Source: an uncultured Holophagales bacterium
GTDB taxonomy: Bacteria > Acidobacteriota > Thermoanaerobaculia > Multivoradales > UBA5704
Reading direction: 5' to 3'
DNA: 64,000 nucleotides
Assembly (NCBI GenBank): GCA_963842525.1
Contig: CAWJGT010000019.1
Coordinates: 128,001-192,000 of the forward strand
The notes under the pieces were generated by a model that had not been told where the DNA came from, did not search any database, and saw only the letters and a program-made list of their open reading frames with translations. Within the stretch, counting starts at the first letter, position 1. Each line of letters starts with the position of its first letter. Below, in pieces: positions 29,110 to 35,339 of this stretch. The position numbers and the translations under genes are program-made.

Positions 29110-30858
29110 CTATGCCTGGAGTACGGCGGAGAGAGGAGGTCCGGATGAATCGTCGTCGAGCACCTTGAGGAAAACCGCCTTGCCGTCGCCGGGGGCGTAG
29201 AAGTCGGGGAGCTCGGCGGCGAGCCGGTAGCCGCAGGAGAGATAGAAGCCGCGCGTCCCCGCGTACTGGGGACGGGTCGCGGTCTCGACATAGACCCGGG
29301 GACGGCCCGCCTCCGCCATCTGTTCCTCGGCGGCGCGGAGCAGGGCCGCGCCGACCCCTCGCCCCTGCTCCCGCGGGTGCACCACGATCCAGTAGAGGTC
29401 GGCCGACTCCAGGGTCCCGGGGATCGGGCCCCAGCAGGCATAGCCCGCCACCCGGCCGTCCACTTCGCCGACCAGGAACCGGTAATGGCTCGCCGCGCCG
29501 TGCGCGAGGCGGTCGTCCACCAGCTCCATCGCCACGTCGACCTCCTCGGCGTTGAAGAAGCCGGTCCGGCGGACCAGCTCCTCGATCGGCTCGCGGTCTC
29601 CAAGCTCCAGACCACGGAAGAGGGTCTCTCCTCTTCTCCCCTCTCCCGGGGGAAGGGGGGGCGATGGGAGAGGGGCCGGGGGTGAGGGGTCCGGGGGCGC
29701 CGCCCGGCATTCCCGTCGCCGATCACCGCGCAGCGCCGCCGCCAGGATCCTGCCGACGACCTGGCCCGGCGAGAGCCCGGCCCGGCCTGCGGCGGCCATG
29801 AATCCGGCGCCGGCCGCGAGACACGGGTTGGTGTTCACTTCCAGGATGCGCGGCTCTCCCGCGGCGTCCAGCCGGAGGTCGACCCGGGCATAGCCGGAGA
29901 CGCCGCAGATCTCCCAGGCGGCCCGTGCGAGCCCGCGGACCCGCTCGAGGAGCGGCGCATCGTTCGGGTCGCCGGGAAAGCAGCGCACCGTGTGCGTGTC
30001 GGCGAACGAGCCCTCCAGCCACTTGGCCTCATACCCCACTACGCGGGACATCCCGGCGGGGAAGTCGACGAACCGGATCTCGGCCACCGGCAGCACCTCG
30101 ACGCCACCATCGCCGTCGGCCAGCAGCGAGACGTTGAGCTCCCGGCCGGGGAGGAACTGCTCGGCGAGGATCGGCTGGCCGGGGAAGCGCTCGGCGAGAC
30201 GGGCGGCGCGGTCGAGGGCGGAGGCGCGGTCGTGGCACACCGGATCGCCTTCCAGGCCCACGGACGCGTCCTCCCAGGCGGGCTTGAGGATCCAGGGGGG
30301 CGGCACCCGGTCCAGCACCTCGGGCCGGGCCGGATCGAGCCGCCCGCCCGCGGCCACCGGCAGCCCCTCGGCGGCGAGCAGCGCCCGGGTGGCCAGCTTG
30401 TCCGTCGAGACCCAGAGCGGGCCGGCGGCCGTGCCCGTGAACGGGACGCCCGCAAGCTCCAGCGCCGCCGTGTGCGCCGCATGGAGCTGCGGGGCGCCCG
30501 GCGGCGCCTCGATCAGATGAAAGACGACCATGCCGGGCTCAGGGCGGATTCTCTCGAGGACCGCCGGACCGGCGACCGCGATGCGGACCGACGGCAGGCC
30601 GAGCTCCGCGAGCCCCGTCTCCACCAGCTCGACCTGGGCCAGGACGTCGGCCGTCGAGGGATCGTCGTCTTCGGTGACCGGGTTGTGAGCGATCAGGACC
30701 CGGACCCCCTCCCCTGACCCCTCCCCCGCGCGGCCACCGGCCCCCACCCCGAGCGGGAGAGGGGCACCGCCGCCCCCGTTCTCGTCCCCCCCTCTCCCGT
30801 TCGGGGTGGGGGCTGGCGGCCGCACGGGAGAGGGGGGCCAGGGGGGAGAGGGCTTCAC
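29110..30858 (-). CDS. D-Ala-D-Ala-ligase-like ATP-grasp enzyme fused to C-terminal GNAT acetyltransferase
   Basis: GTG overlaps the upstream stop; ATP-grasp motifs PFTG, DK, ILKP..EDAS.G, EQFLPGRE, YEAKW, GYARVDLR, LEVNTNP; GNAT motifs TGFF...EV, DLYWIVVHP..QGRGVG, VET, FY..GD.K. Confidence 0.85.
   Translation of the reverse strand: MKPSPPWPPSPVRPPAPTPNGRGGDENGGGGAPLPLGVGAGGRAGEGSGEGVRVLIAHNPVTEDDDPSTADVLAQVELVETGLAELGLPSVRIAVAGPAVLERIRPEPGMVVFHLIEAPPGAPQLHAAHTAALELAGVPFTGTAAGPLWVSTDKLATRALLAAEGLPVAAGGRLDPARPEVLDRVPPPWILKPAWEDASVGLEGDPVCHDRASALDRAARLAERFPGQPILAEQFLPGRELNVSLLADGDGGVEVLPVAEIRFVDFPAGMSRVVGYEAKWLEGSFADTHTVRCFPGDPNDAPLLERVRGLARAAWEICGVSGYARVDLRLDAAGEPRILEVNTNPCLAAGAGFMAAAGRAGLSPGQVVGRILAAALRGDRRRECRAAPPDPSPPAPLPSPPLPPGEGRRGETLFRGLELGDREPIEELVRRTGFFNAEEVDVAMELVDDRLAHGAASHYRFLVGEVDGRVAGYACWGPIPGTLESADLYWIVVHPREQGRGVGAALLRAAEEQMAEAGRPRVYVETATRPQYAGTRGFYLSCGYRLAAELPDFYAPGDGKAVFLKVLDDDSSGPPLSAVLQA
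29636..29690 (-). repeat. Family-1 palindromic repeat, in frame in the ATP-grasp/GNAT linker
   Basis: Reverse-orientation copy encoding PSPPAPLPSPPLPPGEGRRG. Confidence 0.8.
30706..30853. repeat. Family-1 inverted doublet, in frame just after the start codon of the ligase-GNAT gene
   Basis: Two inverted copies encoding PSPPWPPSPVRPP…GEGSGEG between the start and VRVLIAH. Confidence 0.8.
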
Positions 30859-31850
30859 AACCCCCACCGCTGCGCGGCGGCCTCCACGATCCGGCCGAGC
30901 AGCTCGGAGTAGGAGATCCCTGCCAGGCGGGACATGATCGGCAGGTCCGACGTGACCGGATGGAGGCCCGGCAGCGGGTTGACCTCCAGGAAGCACGGCT
31001 CGCCCGCCGTGTCGCAGCGCAGGTCCACCCGGGCCGCGTCGCGGCAGGAGAGAGCCTTGTAGACGCCGAGCGCCACCTGGCGCACCCGCACGGCCAGCGG
31101 CTCGCCGTCGAGAAGCTGGTAGTTGACCCGGGTCTGGAACTCCGCCTTGTTGAGGGCCGTGTAGTCGCCGTCCATACCGTCCTGAAAGACGACCTCCATG
31201 ACGCCGACCACCCTCGCATTCTCGCCGTTGCCGACGATCCCCACGGTCAGCTCGCGCCCCGGCAGATAGCTCTCGACCAGCACCGGCTGGCCGAAGGTCC
31301 GCAGCAGCTCGGTGCAGGCCTCATGCAGCTCGTCGCGGCTTGCCACGCGCGAGCGCGCCGAGATCCCTTTCGAGCTTCCTTCGGCCGCCGGCTTGACGAA
31401 GAGCGGCGGTGCAAGCTCCACCCGTGGCGCGTCCTCCGGCCGCTCCACCACAGAAAATGGCGCCGTGGGCAGGCCGTGGTCACGCACCACCCGTTTGGCC
31501 AGCGGCTTGTCGAGCGTCATCGCGCAGGTCAGCGGGTCTGAAAAGGTATAGGGCTGGTCGAACATCTCGCAGAGAGCGGGGACCTGGGCCTCCCGCGAGC
31601 GGCCGAGGATTCCTTCCGCGATGTTGAACACCAGGTCCCAGCGTTCTCCGGCGGTCAGGCGCCGCGCGAGCTCGGTCCCTCGCCCCACCCGCTCCACCCG
31701 ATGGCCGTTCTCGCGCAGCGCCTCCTCGATCCCGTCGATCGTGTCCTCCTCGTCGAGCTCCATCACCTGCTCGGCGGTATAGCCCGCCGCGCGGTAGTCC
31801 GACTTGAGGTCGTACGTCAGCGCAATCTGCAGTGGACGCAACGGGCGCAT
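30855..31850 (-). CDS. D-Ala-D-Ala-ligase-like ATP-grasp enzyme
   Basis: IALTYDL, DLVFNIAEG, SREAQVP, LDKPLAK, KP.AEGSSKGI, YLPGRE, ARVDLR and LEVNPLPGL motifs; start overlaps the kamA stop. Confidence 0.88.
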   Translation of the reverse strand: MRPLRPLQIALTYDLKSDYRAAGYTAEQVMELDEEDTIDGIEEALRENGHRVERVGRGTELARRLTAGERWDLVFNIAEGILGRSREAQVPALCEMFDQPYTFSDPLTCAMTLDKPLAKRVVRDHGLPTAPFSVVERPEDAPRVELAPPLFVKPAAEGSSKGISARSRVASRDELHEACTELLRTFGQPVLVESYLPGRELTVGIVGNGENARVVGVMEVVFQDGMDGDYTALNKAEFQTRVNYQLLDGEPLAVRVRQVALGVYKALSCRDAARVDLRCDTAGEPCFLEVNPLPGLHPVTSDLPIMSRLAGISYSELLGRIVEAAAQRWGL

Positions 31851-33013
31851 CAGCCGTGCTCGACCGGATCGATATATTGATAGGTCTCGCCGGCCCAGTT
31901 GCGCAGCTCCCAGGCACCGTCCTCGTGCCCGAGGATCGTTTCGGGTTGGACCGGGATCTTGCCGCCGCCGCCGGGCGCGTCGATGACATAGGTGGGGACC
32001 GCGTAGCCGGTGGTGTAGCCGCGGAGCTGCGCCATCAGGTCGAGGCCCGTGCCGATCGATGTGCGCAGGTGGCCGGTGCCCACCACCGGATCGCACTGGT
32101 AGAGGTAGTAGGGCCGGATGCGCAGCCTGAGCAGCCCATGGAAGAGGTCGCGCAGCGTTTCGGCCGAGTCGTTGACGCCCTGGAGCAGCACCGTCTGGCA
32201 GCCCAGGGGGATGCCGCCGTCGGCGAGCCGGTCGCAGGCTTCGGCCACCTCCGGCGTCAGCTCACGGGCGTGGCAGAAGTGGACCGAGAGCCAGACGCGG
32301 TGCTTGCGCAGGACCGACACCAGCTCCGGCGTGATGCGTTGCGGCAGGAAGCCCGGAATGCGCGTGCCGATGCGCAGAAAATCGATGTGTGGGATGGCCC
32401 GCAGCCGGCCCAGGAGCTGATCGAGCGTGGCGTCCGACATGAGCAGCGGATCGCCGCCCGAGAGGAGCACATCGCGCACCTCGGTGTGCTCTCTGAGATA
32501 GCCGAGCGCCGCCTCGACGCGGCGGCCGAGCGGCTCGAGCTCGCCCTGGCTCACCAGCCGGCTGCGCGTGCAATAGCGGCAATAGGCCGCGCATGTATCG
32601 AGCACCAGGAACAGCACGCGGTCGGGATAACGGTGCACCAGCCCTTCGACGACGCTCGCGTGGTCCTCGCCGCAGGGATCGGTCATATCGCCACGGCTCA
32701 CCACCAGCTCGCGCTCGACGGGGACGACCTGGAGCCGGAGCGGACAGCCCGGGTCTTCCGGATCGATCAATGCGGCGAAGTGCGGCGTGACGGCGACGGA
32801 AAACTTCTCGCTCGCCAGCAGCAGACCGCGCCGCTCCGATTCGGTCAACCGGAGGAACCTGTCGAATTGATCGAGGCGGGTCAGGCGATGGCGCATCTGC
32901 CACCGCCAGTCGTTCCAGCGCGCGGGATCATAGTCCTCGTTGAACAGGGCGCAGATCTCCTCGCGCCGCGTCAGGGTGTCGGTCAGGACCGCGGCGAACG
33001 CCTCCTGCTTCAT
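31850..33013 (-). CDS. kamA: KamA-family radical SAM aminomutase (lysine 2,3-aminomutase-like)
   Basis: WNDWRWQ, GLVHRYPDRVL, CAAYCRYCTR, SGGDPL, QTVLL.GVND, PYYLYQCD and DAPGGGGKIP (PLP lysine) motifs. Confidence 0.9.
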   Translation of the reverse strand: MKQEAFAAVLTDTLTRREEICALFNEDYDPARWNDWRWQMRHRLTRLDQFDRFLRLTESERRGLLLASEKFSVAVTPHFAALIDPEDPGCPLRLQVVPVERELVVSRGDMTDPCGEDHASVVEGLVHRYPDRVLFLVLDTCAAYCRYCTRSRLVSQGELEPLGRRVEAALGYLREHTEVRDVLLSGGDPLLMSDATLDQLLGRLRAIPHIDFLRIGTRIPGFLPQRITPELVSVLRKHRVWLSVHFCHARELTPEVAEACDRLADGGIPLGCQTVLLQGVNDSAETLRDLFHGLLRLRIRPYYLYQCDPVVGTGHLRTSIGTGLDLMAQLRGYTTGYAVPTYVIDAPGGGGKIPVQPETILGHEDGAWELRNWAGETYQYIDPVEHG

Positions 33014-33177
33014 TTCTCTCGTCTCCTCTGGGAGGAAGGGAGTGATAGATCCGGCTCCGCGGTATCCGCGGTATTCGCGACGGCGGAGGTCCGGCGACCG
33101 GCGGTTCGAAAGCCGACAACCCACCAGGCTTGATCACCCGGTTGGAAAGCCCCTGGGGGCTCCGTGAACATGATCGT

Positions 33178-33363
33178 CTAACGCGTTAGCCCGGTCGTAC
33201 GGCACCGCGGACTGGAGAGGTCCACGAGCGCCTGGGCCAGAGGTGGGAAGGTCGGGACGTCAAAAGGGAAGACACTGCCCAGCGACCCGCGCCGGACAGC
33301 CGCAAAGGCCACGCTGTCGAGGGTACTTGGAGGTTGGTCGGGGGCCACGCTCACGTCGTCCAC
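33178..33363 (-). CDS. Putative leaderless small ORF (61 aa) upstream of kamA
   Basis: GTG lies 7 nt after a TATCGT -10 element that has a TTGACA -35; no recognisable domain. Confidence 0.35.
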   Translation of the reverse strand: MDDVSVAPDQPPSTLDSVAFAAVRRGSLGSVFPFDVPTFPPLAQALVDLSSPRCRTTGLTR

Positions 33364-33370
33364 GTGCTTT

Positions 33371-33398
33371 ACGATAGCGGAACTCTTCCTGCTGTCAA
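33371..33398 (-). promoter_or_regulatory. Sigma70-type promoter for the kamA operon
   Basis: TTGACA (33398-33393), 16-nt spacer, TATCGT (33376-33371). Confidence 0.6.
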
Positions 33399-33487
33399 GA
33401 GAAAGTTTCTCTTCCGGACCAAGTCGTTGCGAGGCCGGCCGCGGGCTGTTTCAATGATCCGTTCGGTCCCGGATAGAATACCCGGCC

Positions 33488-33925
33488 ATGACCGAACATC
33501 GCGAACACCAGCCCACCATCTTCGACAAGATCCTCTCGGGCGACATCCCGAGCTACAAGGTGTACGAGGACGAGCACGTCCTGGCCTTTCTCGACATCGG
33601 CCCGCTCTCGGACGGCCACACCCTGGTCATCCCCAAGGAGCGCAAGGCGCAGCTTCACCAGCTCTCCGACGAAGCCGCCGCCGCGGTCGGCCGCGTGCTG
33701 CCGAGGATCTGCCGCGCTGTGATGCGCGCCACCGGCTGCACCGACTACAACATCCTCCAGAACAACGGCACGGCCGCCCACCAGGTGGTGATGCACGTGC
33801 ACTTCCACATCATCCCCAAGTTCGGCAACGAGGGGCTGGGAATCCTGTGGCCGGCCCGGAAGCTCTCCGAATCGACCGCCCGCGAGCTGGTCGACAAGAT
33901 GCGCAAGGCCCTGGAGAGCGCGTGA
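33488..33925 (+). CDS. HIT family nucleotide hydrolase
   Basis: TIFDKI..GDIP, AFLDI.P...GHTLVIPK and histidine triad HVHFH. Confidence 0.93.
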   Translation: MTEHREHQPTIFDKILSGDIPSYKVYEDEHVLAFLDIGPLSDGHTLVIPKERKAQLHQLSDEAAAAVGRVLPRICRAVMRATGCTDYNILQNNGTAAHQVVMHVHFHIIPKFGNEGLGILWPARKLSESTARELVDKMRKALESA

Positions 33926-33935
33926 GGATTACGAG

Positions 33936-34949
33936 GTGAAATCGCTGGAGATCCGCGACGGCTGGGGCCTCGATCATCTGGTCCTGGCCGACCGGCCCGC
34001 CCCACGGCCGGGGCCGGGCCAGGTGCTCGTCCGCGTGCACGCCGTCTCCTTGAACTACCGCGACCTGCTCACGGTCCAGGGGAAGTACAACCCGAAGCAG
34101 AAGCTGCCGCTGATCCCTTGTTCCGACGGCGCCGGCGAGGTCGAGGCCGTAGGAGAGGGCGTCACACGCGTTCGGGTGGGGGACCGGGTGTGCAGCGTCT
34201 TCGCCCAGCGCTGGATCTGCGGCGCGCCGGACCGCGAACGGCTCCGCTCGACCCTCGGTGGCCCGCTCGACGGCATGCTCGCCGAACGGGTGGTGCTCCC
34301 TGAAGACGGGGTGGTGCGGACCCCGGAGCACCTGACGGACGAGGAGGCCTCGACTCTCCCCTGCGCCGCGGTCACTGCCTGGAACGCGCTGGTCACCGAG
34401 GGAGGCGTGACGGCCGGCGACACCGTGCTGGTCCAGGGCACCGGGGGCGTGTCGATCTTCGCCCTGCAGCTCGCCAAGCTGCTGGGCGCCCGGGTGATCG
34501 CCACCTCCAGCAGCCCCGAGAAGCTCGCCCGGGTCCGCGAGCTGGGCGCGGACGAAGGGATCAATTATCAGGACATACCGGACTGGGGAGCGCGGGCCAA
34601 GGAGCTGGCGGGCGGCACGGGGGTCGACTGCGTCGTCGAGGTGGGCGGGGCCGGCACGCTCCAGCAGTCGCTGCGTGCGGTGCGGATGGGCGGCCGGATC
34701 TGCCTGATCGGCAACCTCGCGGGCACGACGGCGGAGATCCCGCTGACCCTGATCTTCATGCAGCGGGTGCGCGTCCAGGGCATCCTGGTGGGCGACCGCG
34801 ACAGCTTCGAAGCCATGAATCGCGCCATCGCCCAGCACCGCTTGCGGCCCGTGATCGACCGCGTCGTCCCGCTCGCCGAGGCCCGGGCCGCCTTCGAGCT
34901 GATGGCGGCCGGCGGGCACTTCGGCAAGATCTGCATCCGGGTTGATTGA
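33936..34949 (+). CDS. MDR-family NAD(P)-dependent alcohol dehydrogenase/quinone reductase
   Basis: SLNYRD, PCSDGAGEV, TAWNAL, QGTGGVS and HFGKICI motifs. Confidence 0.92.
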   Translation: MKSLEIRDGWGLDHLVLADRPAPRPGPGQVLVRVHAVSLNYRDLLTVQGKYNPKQKLPLIPCSDGAGEVEAVGEGVTRVRVGDRVCSVFAQRWICGAPDRERLRSTLGGPLDGMLAERVVLPEDGVVRTPEHLTDEEASTLPCAAVTAWNALVTEGGVTAGDTVLVQGTGGVSIFALQLAKLLGARVIATSSSPEKLARVRELGADEGINYQDIPDWGARAKELAGGTGVDCVVEVGGAGTLQQSLRAVRMGGRICLIGNLAGTTAEIPLTLIFMQRVRVQGILVGDRDSFEAMNRAIAQHRLRPVIDRVVPLAEARAAFELMAAGGHFGKICIRVD

Positions 34950-34959
34950 TGAAGCCCTC

Positions 34960-35008
34960 TCGCCCAGGGTTCACACCCTGGGCTACCGAATGTCGCCCTC
35001 CGGGCTCG
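34960..35008. repeat. Family-2 REP copy
   Basis: cgcccagggttcacaccctgggctaccgaatgtcgccctccgggctc, nearly identical to 8972-9018. Confidence 0.85.
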
Positions 35009-35051
35009 TTTTTCCGGTGCGGCGCCGTAGCCGTATGTAACCGGACGGTGC

Positions 35052-35339
35052 GGTAGAGACGCCCCAGTCCATGACCACGAAACGACCGGTGCACGCCCGT
35101 CGGGGCGTCTCACTCACGGCCCCAGCGACCACCAACGCTGGCACCACGCCACGAACGCCGAGATGGGCCCCGCCCCGCTGTACGCAAATGGCTGGCGGGT
35201 GGCCGTCCCGGCGGCGCACAGCGGCCCCGGGCGGTGTTTTCCTGCGCGAGGACGAACCCGTTTTCGCCGGCGAGGCCATGAGACGCCCCGACTGTGTGCA
35301 CCCGGTAGTTTTGTGGTTACGGACTGGGGCGTCTCTACC
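35052..35339. repeat. Family-3 GTAG-REP inverted doublet (REPIN-like)
   Basis: GGTAGAGACGCCCCAGTCC…GGGGCGTCTCA at 35052-35112 and its inverted copy at 35279-35339, around a ~165-bp spacer. Confidence 0.8.

Noticed and set aside
29110-31850. Housekeeping ddl or a van glycopeptide-resistance cluster
   Set aside because: No mur/fts context and no vanH/vanX/vanRS; the N-terminal GGxSxE motif of canonical Ddl is absent.
31850-33013. EF-P modification enzyme EpmB
   Set aside because: No efp or epmA adjacent; the operon partners are ATP-grasp ligases and a GNAT.
33014-33370. Lysine or SAM riboswitch upstream of kamA
   Set aside because: I could not identify the conserved L-box or SAM-I motifs by eye; an Infernal scan is needed.
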